Positions 1-11,172 of a stretch of 64,000 nt of DNA are shown here, piece by piece. The translations under genes were made by a program, and so were the position numbers. Below the pieces are notes generated by a model. It saw nothing but the letters and a program-made list of their open reading frames with translations. It was not told the origin of the DNA and did not search any database. Every line of letters starts with the position of its first letter. Positions within the stretch are counted from its first letter, which is position 1. Where the stretch lies: assembly GCF_030028105.1 (NCBI RefSeq), contig NC_092379.1:20809309-20873308 (forward strand), written 5' to 3'. The stretch is from Mobula birostris. Taxonomy: Eukaryota.

Positions 1-449
1 GGAGCAACTCATAACAATAACAACATTGCTTTTGCACCAGTCTGGTTCACTCAACCTGACCTGAAACTCCAAACCTGGAGGAACTGTGGGCCGCTTTGTC
101 TGGCCTCTACCCTTGGACCTGTTTGGCATGGGCAACCTTACCTTGAGCTAAAGCACAAGGCCCTGATTCAAGCCAACATAGATCTCTGGGTCACTGAGGC
201 ACTCAAGCCTTCAAACCCTACATCAAGGTTGTGGTCCTCTTGGAAGAAAAGAAATTGATTTACCATTTTGGTTGGTGCCATGGTGGGCTTGTGGTGTCAG
301 GTGGACATAAAAGGTTTGCAAAGTTCTCCACTATCTGTCCCAACATTTCTCCCTCACAGAATATCAGATCTCTTTCTACTTCATTGCTCTTTCAGATAGG
401 TTACTCTGTGTAATTTGTGTTCAGGTAACAGGAGGCTCCACTTCAAAAG

Positions 450-1001
450 TGTCAAGATGCTGGAGCAGCGATCCATTCACAGACCCAGTACTGTGCACAC
501 AGTGATATTAATTGAGTAACAAATCCCGAGGTGTAAACAAAGTCGGCATCAAAGTTCAGCAGAGATCAAAACATCCAGAGAAATCCAAAAACCAGAATCG
601 GGAAATAGGCAGAGTCGATATTCAGTCAGACAGCGTACAGACACGAATGCTGGAAAGGCTCAGGAAAATTCACTGACACAATATGGCAACAAACAGGTGA
701 AAGCACAGGACTGAAATACACTGAGCAAAAAACAGAAGACTTTGATAGGTGGAACACAATGAAACAGAAGTGGCAGCAAAACAGGCAATAATGAGAAATA
801 GGTGAGAGGCGGAGTACCCAGTAATACAGGGGCCGGAGTAGAGCAGGAGCAGGGACAGGAGCACATGGGGCATGAAAACAAACAAGGACACATCAGAATC
901 AGGTTTATTATCACCGGCATGTGACATGAAATACAAAACCACAGACTGACGGCTAGGGGGAAAACACACAAAAAGACAAAGTTCAACTGGAGGTACTGAC
1001 A
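450..1001. mobile_element. Solo LTR (probably Gypsy class)
   Basis: Termini TGTCA(450)...TGACA(1001), flanked by a perfect 5-bp direct repeat AAAAG (445-449 and 1002-1006). A short retroposon-tail fragment is nested at about 890-935. Confidence 0.75.
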
Positions 1002-1564
1002 AAAAGGTAATTCATTGTCTGCAGAAACTGCTCTGGTTTGCCATGGAGTAGAGAGGGGGGAGCTTTGGTTTGATTAGTAACTTAATCATCGTAGTTTATA
1101 TTTTACTGATGATACAAGATTTGGGACACACAGTACTCCCATCACTAGGGTGGGAAAACAGAATTACCCACCTTGCTGATCTGCACCTTGGATACCCTCC
1201 CCCGTCAGCTTCCTTTCAATACGGACCGTTCAGCAGCGCTTGTCTGCCAACCTACTGGGGAGCATCTTGTTACCTGTAACAATGACTTCTGTTATGTAGC
1301 TTTAGCTCCTGAGTTCCCTGCATCAAATGCCCTGTTCCTCTTACCGGCTGAAAGAGGTCAAAGAGATTTTGTGAGGAGTACTGCTGAGGGTTTGGCAGTG
1401 CAATTCATGGTGCCAGGTCCCTGAAAGCAGAAATATATTTTAAGTGTAAATTCCATCCATTTCCACCAGGAATCTCCGTTTAACGTTGATTCTCGTGGTG
1501 TGGGTGCAGTCAGAAGATTGTGTTATAACTCTTTGTTGCTTAATCCATTTTCCTGTAAAGGAGA

Positions 1565-1717
1565 ATATCTGTTCACTGACTGGTGTCTCTCAGTCCTTGT
1601 CTTTCAAGGGGGTATTTGTCCACTGATTGGTGTCTCTCAGTCCCTGTCGCTCGAGAGATATCTGTCCACTGACTGGTGTCTCTCCTGGGGATATCTGTCG
1701 ACTGACCGTTGTCTCGC
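1565..1717 (+). repeat. Four imperfect copies of a ~27-bp motif ATATCTGTCCACTGACTGGTGTCTCTC upstream of the VH promoter
   Basis: Copies start at 1565, 1612, 1658 and 1691. Confidence 0.85.
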
Positions 1718-1966
1718 ATTCCCTCTCGCTGGGATCCTGTGTGTTTCCGTTTACACAAACTGTTTATCGCTGAAATTGATGAATCGAGCAGAGTGTGACA
1801 GAACTTTAATCCGGATCTGGTCACTGCCGCCGATCAGCCGCCTGTTTCAGAGACAAACAACTTTTGGGGAATTGAAATCGCTGCTGTGGGTGGGGACAGG
1901 AAGCTGCGCCTCTGGTTTCAGTGTCTGAGAGCCTGTTCAAACCGCGGCTCCCTCTCTCACTCACAG

Positions 1967-1984
1967 CCCACGTCCCTATTTAAA
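1967..1984 (+). promoter_or_regulatory. VH core promoter: CCCACGTC element plus TATA-like TATTTAAA
   Basis: TATTTAAA at 1977-1984 lies about 90 nt upstream of the leader ATG. An ACGT-core motif precedes it. No octamer seen nearby. Confidence 0.6.
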
Positions 1985-2072
1985 CAGCGCTCACTGCGGC
2001 TCCGGACAAAGCCGGCCTGAGCTGAAGCCGCCGATCTCAAAAGTGTTCAAGTCTGGCTCAGTGCTCAGGGCG

Positions 2073-2118
2073 ATGGGGGTCGTTCCTTATCTCTGTCTCC
2101 TCCTGTCTTGTCTGGCAG
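2073..2118 (+). CDS. IgW: IgH leader exon (MGVVPYLCLLLSCLA-G)
   Basis: ATG at 2073, hydrophobic signal peptide, 46 nt, phase-1 donor CAG|GTGGGT at 2119. Confidence 0.93.
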
Positions 2119-2226
2119 GTGGGTGTCCCACGGCTTGTCGCCCACCCGGGACCGACTGTTTCTCGGAGGCTTTGTGAACCTCTGATCATGGAACATTTAT
2201 TAATTTCTGCTCTATTTTATTGACAG

Positions 2227-2536
2227 GTGTGCGGTCGAACAGCATGTTGACACAGCCCGAGTCAGCGGTGGTAAAGCCCGGGCAGTCCCACACACTGACC
2301 TGTGCGGTCAGAGGGTTCAGCCTCAGCGGCAATAACATGCTCTGGGTGAAACAGGTCTCCGGGAAAGGGCTGGAGTGGGTGGCGACAATAGAGCATGATA
2401 ATGACAAATACTACGCGCCTGGAGTCCAGAGCCGGTTCACTGTTTCCAAGGACAGCAGCACCGTCTATCTGCAAATGAACAACCTGAGACCGGACGACAC
2501 GGCCACCTATTACTGTATAAGAGATCAGTCATGGAG
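2227..2536 (+). CDS. IgW: VH exon (IgW-type) with fused D-like 3' extension
   Basis: Acceptor ttttattgacag|GT. Translation GVRS-NSMLTQPESAVVKPGQSHTLTC...WVKQVSGKGLEWV...DTATYYCIRDQSWS has both canonical Cys, the FR2 Trp and the GLEW interface motif. Confidence 0.96.
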
Positions 2537-2564
2537 CACGGTGATGGGGAGCTGAACAGAAACT
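2537..2564 (+). other. Recombination signal sequence, 12-bp spacer
   Basis: Heptamer CACGGTG (2537-2543), 12-nt spacer ATGGGGAGCTGA, nonamer ACAGAAACT (2556-2564). Confidence 0.9.
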
Positions 2565-2875
2565 GGTTCCGACAAAGGAGCGTCTGCAGCGCCGTCTGTC
2601 TCCACGGATTCCGCATTGCTGCTTCCCAGAGCCAAATCCCTTTAGCCTCACTCGGACTGCTGGGCGCAAATGTCCATTTCTGGACAATTTAAAGCCCAAA
2701 AGGATTCGACTCTGATTCCAGGAGATGGCGGGAGCCGGTGTCCGCAGACAAAAAAAAAACACAAGAAGAGACAAGGACGGAGTTTGGGATGGAAATCCAG
2801 GAAGCGACTGCTCCCGGTCCGGACAGGGATCATGTTGACATTTTGCTGAGATTATTGGATGTGACGGGCAAGTGA

Positions 2876-2914
2876 AGTTACTGCACTGGGTGAATGGGGA
2901 GACGGAGCACTGTG
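2876..2914 (-). other. JH recombination signal sequence, 23-bp spacer, degenerate nonamer
   Basis: Perfect heptamer CACTGTG (2908-2914). The nonamer at a 23-nt spacer is AGTTACTGC (2876-2884), 5/9 versus GGTTTTTGT. Confidence 0.75.
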
Positions 2915-2962
2915 AGAAACACGTCCACTGGGGCGGAGGAACCTCGCTGACAGTGACTTCAG
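2915..2962 (+). CDS. IgW: JH segment (EKHVHWGGGTSLTVTS)
   Basis: WGxG motif and TVTS end, phase-1 donor CAG|GTAAGA at 2963, directly after the heptamer. Confidence 0.92.
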
Positions 2963-3607
2963 GTAAGACCAACTTCTCAACTGTATCTTCACGCACCAGT
3001 ATTTTATTTATTTACAGTTTTGGCGAATTCGGTGATTCGCCTGAAATCGGTGAGATATTTAGAGCAAGTACATGAATCTCCCCGAACCGGCGGGTTTCTC
3101 TAGAGCCCAGTAACAGTACAAGGGTATATACCCCACCCACCAGTGAACTGTCCACAGACCGGGAACAGGCTCAGGGGAATGGGGTCGGATCTTGTCACCA
3201 GACTGTGCCTTGACACCGGCCGATTGTGCTGAGTGAGCTCAGTGTTTGGTTCAAGTCTGGCTTCTGATCCTCAGCACCGACTGAAGCCACGTTCAGGGGC
3301 TGAGCGTTTCAGTGCAGTTGAACTTGTTCCCTGTCAGTGACAACAATGGATCTGTTCAGTGTCAAATTATTGGGATCGGGTTTTACTGTCGGCTGCTTTC
3401 ATGTTGAAGGTAATGGGATTAAGACATAATCTGAGGGAATGGTGTACACATGTATGATCTGGTTGATGGCTCAATATCCCCAGGGTACAGCTGGGTGTCA
3501 GTCCCATCATGTAATGTCCGGCGTGAGGTCTGTCCCGGAATACAGCAAAAGTATCGGCGATATCCCAGGATTAATTAACGGGATTAAGGTTTCAATTTCA
3601 TTCCTTG

Positions 3608-3960
3608 ATGGGTGAGGAGGTGGGGTATGGTGGGGAAGAATTTTGGAGTTGGGGAGGCAGTGGGGAAGTGGTGCAGGAAAGGTAAGGCGAAGAATTTATC
3701 ACAATTCCTTCACACATTCCGGGCAGCCTTGCATTGGTGGGTGGGGGAGTGGGGAGTGGTGCAGGTGGGGTGGGGAGGGAAGCCTTCAAGTCAATAATGT
3801 GTAATAGGGGAGTATTTAAGGGAAGGTTTGTTGATGAAGGTTTGTGATCTGGAACACACTGCCTGAATGATGGTGGTGGCCAATAGTGAGTGTAGAGAGG
3901 GAAAAGGAGGAGATCCGCCTTTTGTAGGGATACAGGGAAGAGCAGAGAGACCAATGGTTT
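3608..3960 (+). repeat. G/purine-rich tract in the J-C intron
   Basis: Many GGG-GGGGG runs on the sense strand, for example six G-tracts in 3739-3779. Confidence 0.7.
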
Positions 3961-4610
3961 TATTGGGTTTGCTCAGCTAAAGGGAGGCACAGACACTATC
4001 GGATGAATGGCCTCACTCTCTGCTCTGTCATTCAATAGAAGCAGTATTTATCTTGAAAAACTGGGTAATTCTTCCTCAAAGGGATTCCAACAAGCACCCC
4101 AGAGTAAACAGAGCATGAGTTAAATGCAGATTACAGCTCCCACGTCCTGTCCTGGCAGCCACGGATTAGATACAAAGAATCTCCTGCACTGTCCCATCCC
4201 TCCCAGGACAGGGGCAGCAGAGGTTAGACACAGAGTGAAGCGTCCCCCAACCTGTGCCATCACACACTCACGGGACACGAGTTGAACTTTACTGTTCAAA
4301 TGAATTGCTTATTCTCAGTTCTAGACAGAGCAACTGCTCTAATTTCTTGCCCTCCTCCATCCCCCGACTGGGTTTGTTTAACAAGTGCTTTCCTACATTA
4401 ACCAGTGTTGCTGGTGATTCAGTAAAGGTGGTTGTGAGTTAAAGTGCTGGCACTTACAGAGCACCTTTCATGGTGTCCCCGAGCTCTTCACAGGCAATGA
4501 AGTAGTTTCAAAGTACAGCCCTGTTCTGCAAGGTGAGAATGATCAGACGGTCTATTTTGGTCATGTTATTGAAGGAGAAATATTGTCCAGGACAACGTGG
4601 ACACAGTGAT

Positions 4611-5480
4611 CCAATGGGCAGGCACAAGAGAGTCTGCAGAGAGACTTGGATAGATTGGAAGAATGGGCAAAGAAGTGGCAAATGAAATACAATGTTGGAA
4701 AGTGTATGGTTGTGAACTTTGGCAGAAGAAATAAATGGGCAGACTATTATTTAAATAGGGGGAGAATTCAAAGTTCTGAGATGCAACGGGACTTGGGAGT
4801 CCTCCTGCAGGATATCCTTAAGGTTAACCTCCAGGTTGAGTCGGTGGCATTCATTTCTGGAGGAATAGAGTATAGGAGCAGAGATGTGATATTGAGGCTG
4901 TATAAGGTGCTGGTAAGACCTCACTTGGAGTACTGTGGGCAGTTTTGGGCTCCTTATTTAAGAATTGATGTGCTGATGTTGGAGAGGGTACAGAGAAGAT
5001 TCACTAGAATGATTCCGAGAATGAGAGGGTTAACATATGAGGAATGTTTGTCTGCTCTTGGATTGTATTCTTTAGAGTTTAGAAGAATGAGGGGGGACTT
5101 CATAGAAACGTTTTGAATGTTGAAAGGTATGGGCAGAGTGGATGTGGCAAAGTTGTTTCCCATGATGGGGGAGTCTAGTACGAGGGGGCATGACTTAAGA
5201 ATTGAAGGGCGCCCATTCAGAACAGTGATGCAAAAAAGCTTTTTTAGCCAGAGGGTAGTAAATCTATGGAATTTGTTGCCATGGGCAGCAGTGGTGGCCA
5301 AGTCATTGGGTGTATTTAAGGCAGTGATTGATAGGTATCTGAGTAGCCAGGGCATCAAGTGTTATGGTGAGAAGGCGGGGGAGTGGGACTAAATGTGAGA
5401 ATGGATCAGCTCATGATAAAATGGCAGAGCAGACTCGATGGGCCGAATGGTCGACTTCTGCTCCTTTGTCTTATGGTCTA
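4611..5480 (+). mobile_element. CR1 LINE 3' fragment (RT C-terminus and 3' UTR)
   Basis: RPHLEYCGQFWAPY...LYSLEFRRMRGD motifs, one stop, and a CR1-type 3' end with a GTCTTATG tail. Confidence 0.9.
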
Positions 5481-6031
5481 AGGTTGGATTCGGAGTGATG
5501 GGAAACAGGGCAGTACATCAAAGCAGATGAGTAGTGCAGAGGGATGGATGAACAGTCCACGGATACCACCACAACAAAACTGACAAATTTAAACTCAGTT
5601 CATAATAGTCTGCAACAGATTTGGATCTGTGGACAGATTTCCAACATTTTAATAATTGGTATTGCTTTTAAATCTAGTCATTTGTAATTATTGCCATTCA
5701 GTTTTACTGATGTCCCTCAGGGAAGGAGAACTCTCATCCTTACCCTTCGAGACTATTCAAGTCTCCTGACCCATCAACGTGTTTGTCTCCAAATGCCCTC
5801 TGAATGGCAGTTCAGATGTGTAATTCATTCAGACTTTACCGGCAAAGCCCAGATTCCAAACGATGAATAAATAAAATTGCCCATCTGTTGTTCATACTAC
5901 CCGATGTTCTATCTACTTCACAATACAGACTAAAATCAGACCATCTGTCCCGATCTGCTGATTCACCATCGTTCATTTTGTACAAATACCGAAGTGTTAT
6001 GTCACGGCAAATCTCTTCTGAGCTGATCCAG

Positions 6032-6194
6032 CCAGATCCAGTTCCCCTTTTCACCCCAGCACCCTGTGTCCCACCCAGATCCAATTCCCCTCTTCACCCC
6101 AGCACCCTGTGACCCACCCAGATCCAGTTCCCCTCTTCACCCCAGCACCCTGTGATCCACCCAGATCCAGTTCCCCCTTCACCCCAGCACCCTG
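6032..6194 (+). repeat. 43-bp minisatellite, about 3.8 copies
   Basis: Unit CCAGATCCAGTTCCCCTCTTCACCCCAGCACCCTGTGACCCAC starts at 6032, 6075, 6118 and 6161. Confidence 0.93.
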
Positions 6195-8404
6195 CTGTCA
6201 GTTTGTTGAGTGTTTTTACAAAGACTCAGAGGAACACTGATCCAGACAGAACTGTACTTACCACCTGCTGGTCTCGGGATGTAAAAGATCCTCAGCTGCA
6301 AATCTCACCGACTGACATTATTGTTCCTCCTGCACTGCCAACACTGAGCAGCTCAGGGAACATCTGTGGGTGAGAAACAGAGTTAATGTTTCACATCAGT
6401 GACCTTTCACCAGACCCTGTCAGTCTGATTTCTGGCAACTACACTGTTTCCAGTTTTATTTTATTGAATTTATTTTGTTGAAAACAATGTGTTTTTCATT
6501 GACTTCTGCAACCCCAGAACATCCCAGAGCCTTTCCCAACCCAGCAAGTACTTCTGCAGTGTGTCACTGCATATGGGGGGACTAAACCTCCAACTTGTCT
6601 GCATCTTGTTCCCACAAACTGAACTACAACATGACAATCTAGTCTGGGTGATGTTGGAAGGGAATGGTCACTTTTAGCCTACAATTCCTAAAGCTCCCTA
6701 CCACTGGGAACTCCTCATCTGAGTTCTGACTGTGCAGCAGATGAATAGACAGACACTAGTTGGTTGTAGGCCATCCAGATGGTCCCACGTCTTCGGTTCA
6801 GCAACTCCCCTGTTGTCAGGGTTTGACATTGATAAAGAGCAGTGATGTTCCTCACACAACAGCTGACCAGCTCTTTCCTGAGCTGTTGAGGACTCGGGAA
6901 GCTGAGGATACCGTTGTGAAATCGTGTTGGTTTTAGCTAGCAGTCCAAAGGGCACAACCAGGGTTCAGTCACTTACACTGGAGTCAGTCGCAGAGTTCCA
7001 CAGACCACTGTACCCCGGGATTTACTGAGTGACAGATACCTCTGGAGCTGTTACCACACTGTAACACATGGTACCGTGTCCTGCTGGAATTCCCAGGGTA
7101 ACACAGGGAAATCCACCTCCACATTTCCCTCACGGGCCGGACCTGATGAAGGATCACATTTCATATTGATCTAACTGGGGATTCTGAGCCTTGGGAAAGG
7201 ATTTAGTCAGGAATCATTTCTAGCTGATTATTATGTTTTAATGAACTTCAGATTTATTATTTTATACAAAATATGATAAATTAATTGTTGCCAGAGGAAT
7301 TTACATAATCTTTAATATTTCCAAGACATTTCAAACCTGTTAAATTACATGACAGCATTGACACAAGACAGTCCCCTCCCCGACAATTACTAAGTGTCAG
7401 GGTGTTCTGCACCCAGAGTCCCAGCAGGGAGCTGCTTGAGGCTATTTAATATTGAGGCTCCGAAACACCTCGCCGCAAGCCCCCAGCATCCAGGAGCCCA
7501 GCAGAGTCTCACATTTCCCTGTGTAGCAGTGTGGGGAGAATCTCAGCAGGTATGAACCAGCACCATTCAGCCCGGTCTGTGAGGACATGGTCCAGTTGGC
7601 ACCGTGCCCTGTGCTTTCTCTCCTGTGACACTTCACCCACAGCACAGGTCAGCTTGTCCTGCTGTTTCACAGAAGTTATGTCCCTGACGGGGTGTCTGCC
7701 ATCAGTATTTCACTGGTTGTTTCAAGTTCAGTCTGAGAGGAATGGGAAAGGGACTATTTCTCTGCTCTGCCGATCTTTTGGTCAACATGAATCAGCTCAG
7801 CTGACTGAGTGCCCAACATCCATCAAAATTTGGTTCTTAAAAATCTTGGCCATTGTGTGAACGGATCCTCCTTGTCCTTTAACTGTTTTATGTCTAAAAT
7901 TGGAAAACAAGGTTTCAGAACTTTACCTCCATCCTCCTAAGCAACCTTTTATGAGTTTGAAGTCTTACATCAGTTTGTTTTGGCCTTGACTGCATCTTGA
8001 CATTCCCACTGGTTTTGTCCAAACTTTCATTTTGTCTAGTCTCATCCATCACAGTTACACCACAATGTCTTTGTCCACTGCAGTCAAACCCGTTTGATGG
8101 ATTAGTCTAAAACTAGCACTGTAGGTGGGGGTGAACTTGGTGATTATTACACTATAAGGACATCCTAGAGTTCTGCAAGAAATGGCTTCAGAGATTGTGA
8201 ATGTTCCAGCTATTATTTCCAAGCTCTGCAGGTTCAGGAATTTTTCCAGTGGATTGAAGGGCAGTAAATGAAAGATCACAACTACACAGAAATTAGCAAG
8301 AGAAAATATCGGGAACTACCAATCTGTTAGCCTAACATCAATGGCTACATTCTATAATGAAGGATATACTAAAACATCTTGAAAACATCTTGTGGTCGGG
8401 TGCT

Positions 8405-8745
8405 TCCACAGTGCTGCATCGGCAAGTTTGCGGCGCTGGAAGCTCATGGCAGGAAGAGTTTTTCTTCCTTCTACCATCTGCGTGAGATGATGGGACATTT
8501 GAGAGACTTTGAGACTTTTTTTTACCATGCCCATGGTCTGTTCTTTATCAAATTATGGTATCGCTTTGCACTGTTGTAGCTACATGTTATAATTATGTAT
8601 TTTTTGTCAGTTTTTCCGTCTTGGTTTATCTTGTGTTTCTGTGATATCATTCTGGAGGATCATTGTATCATTTCTTAATGCATGCATTACTAAATGACAA
8701 TAAAAGAGGACTGCGTGTCCTCATAATCTAATCTAATCTAATCTA
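8405..8745 (+). mobile_element. Non-LTR retroelement 3' end with (TAATC)n tail, among degraded CR1 fragments (to about 9300)
   Basis: AATAAA followed by TAATCTAATCTAATC. A clearly homologous longer copy lies at about 39960-40590. Flanking CR1 RT motif VLYLCFQKAFDK. Confidence 0.65.
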
Positions 8746-9789
8746 AAAGAATGGTAGAACAGAGTAGAGTCAGCTTCTATTGATGAAGACAAAGTTATAT
8801 GTGATTGATCTGCAGGAGCCCTTTATGGATATGAGAAGTAGAGTGGACAAGGGGAAATGAGTGGATGTGCTGTATTTATGTTTCCAGAAGGCTTTTGATA
8901 AAGCCTTGTATGGGATATTGGCTGGATTAGGGCCTATGGATTTGAGGGTATGCACTGAGATGTACTGGGAATTGATCACTGGACAGAAATCAGAGAGCTG
9001 GATTAATGGATTCTTCTCTGGATGGCAAGCTTTGACAAGTGGGGTATCACAGCGATGGGTATTTAGGCCACAGCTAATCAAAGCTGCATCAACAAGTTGT
9101 ATGAGCGTATAATATATCATTTTAGCAAGACTGCTGAGGATGATATATGAGCTGGGATAGGTCCTGGGAGGATGTAAAGGGAATATGGACAAGATGAATG
9201 AGGAGCTGAGAAACTGACATGTAGAATATAATCTGGAAAAATGCCAGGTCGTTCGTTCATGTGCACAGCTTCGAAAAGCGCATTAGTTGTTAAATGGTGA
9301 GAGACTGGGTTCAAAGTTCAGTGTAAATTTACTATCAAAATACATATACGTCACCACGTACAACCCTGAGATTCATTTTCTTGTGGGCATTCATAGTAAA
9401 TACAAGGAACAGAATAGAATAAATGAAAGAATGTTCCCAACAGGACGGACAAACAACCAATGTGCAATAGAGCAGGGGGCGTAGCTCACAGCTTTGTGGT
9501 GCACCTGTGCTGATGGAGATTGTGCAGGAAATGATGTTGCCAATCTAAACAGCCAGGGATCTGCAAGTGAGGAAATTGAGGGTTATTTTCCTCACTTGGT
9601 AGTATTAATGTTCAAAGGAACTGAGATGTGCTTATGCAGAAGGTAGTAAAGACAAGGATGTTGTTGCAGCAACTGATTAGGAGCACCAATGGCATGTTAT
9701 AAAAGCAAGTGTGACCACAAGAGGAAGAAAGTATTATTGTGGATTTAGAGCGGTTTGTGAGATGGCCACTGGGATATTGCATACTTTTT

Positions 9790-10195
9790 AACTCCCTACC
9801 ATAGTGATGGAGTGGAGATACATCTCTACCAAAGGGGATGTATGGCGTTCCTTCCCTCTGCTAGCCTGCAGGTCACCCTTGGGCAAGGTGTAGCACCTGC
9901 TTTGACCCCCACCCCACCCTCAATCAGGGTTACATGAAGCCATGGGAGCAGGTGGTGAATGGTCGTATCAGCAGTTGCTGAATATTACAAGTCCTGGTTT
10001 TGTGACCACTGATGCCAGGCAGACAATCTCTGAAGAGTATTGATAATGGCTAGGGTCAGCCATCTTGTAAAGACACTGCCCAGAAGAAGTCAATGGCAAA
10101 CCACTTCTGTAGAAAAATCTCCCAGGAACAATCATGGTCTTGGAAAGACCATGGTCCCCCACGTCATACAACACGGCACATCATGAACAAATGAA
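9790..10195 (+). mobile_element. SINE-like or RTE-related interspersed repeat
   Basis: Contains an AATGGCAAACCACTTC motif reminiscent of RTE-associated 3' ends and a short tandem tail (ATGAACAA)2. Family assignment is from memory only. Confidence 0.4.
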
Positions 10196-11172
10196 CAAAC
10201 CACAGGGTGAGTGCAGGAAAGGTTTACTGGACTGGTTCCAGAGATAGTGGCTTTACATCCTGACTGTTAGTTTGAACCAGTAAACCCTTGATATGTATTG
10301 CTGGCAAGACAAACTCACTTCCCAACAGTGCAGCATAAACATTGCTTCACCATGGTCAAGACATTGGGAGTGCTGTGAGGTGGACACAGTCTTAAAGAGG
10401 AAATATACACATTCTTACAAAGAAAGGGTGGAAGCTTAACAATGACATCACAACATTGTACAGCAAGGCATTGAGCCAATGGCAATGGGAGGATGCATTG
10501 ATCCTCTTCTACCTGGTCCAGCACTGAGATTAATTTATGACCCAATTGCTTATCTTGTGTCCCTTTACACCCATTTAGCTAAAAGAAATCAGCTTCCTAT
10601 TTTAAGTTAAGACTGAACATAGAACCCCCCTCCCAAAAATCCTGACTGAGCCAACAGAAATTTGGTTTTTGTAAATTCAGAATTACTCTGTGTGAGGAAT
10701 TCTTCATTGAAATCTTCAAGATTATAAGGTTCTTGACAGACTGGATGTGGAGAGGATGTTTCCTCTTGTGGGAGAATTACGAACTGGGGATCATTATTTC
10801 TAAATAAGAGATGGTGTGATTAAAACAGAGACAAGTTCAACACTTTTCTCACTGAACGTTGGGAGTCTTTATCAAATGGCAGTGGAAGCAGAGTGTCTGA
10901 GTATTTTCATGTCAGTGATAGAAGATACGTGGTAAGCAAGAGGTTACTCTGTGTACCTTCAATGTTACCTTCTGATCAGCCATTACCTTATTAAATGGCA
11001 GAGGGGGTTTGAGGGGCTGACTGACCTCCTGCTGCCCCAAATCCATGTGTTTGTTTGTCTTTACTGCTCCCGGGGCCCCTCAACCCACTCTTGTTCAGCA
11101 ACTTTAGCTGTCAATAGCAGAGAAAAGCAGGTGGGTCAGAACAAGCCCTGTCCACAACTCCACTGAAGATAA

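Noticed and set aside
498-527. RSS-like CACAGTG...ACAAATCCC upstream of the gene
   Set aside because: The spacer is 14 nt (neither 12 nor 23), it lies inside the solo LTR, and there is no adjacent coding segment.
2565-2875. Free D segment between V and J
   Set aside because: No CACAGTG/CACTGTG-like heptamer pair with properly spaced nonamers was found.
1565-6194. CRISPR-like repeat arrays (the 27-bp and 43-bp repeats)
   Set aside because: Eukaryotic locus, repeats lack unique spacers of constant length, and no cas genes are present.
6779-6825. J-like peptide WSHVFGSATPLLSG in the J-C intron
   Set aside because: No upstream RSS, FGSA rather than FGxG, and no proper splice donor.
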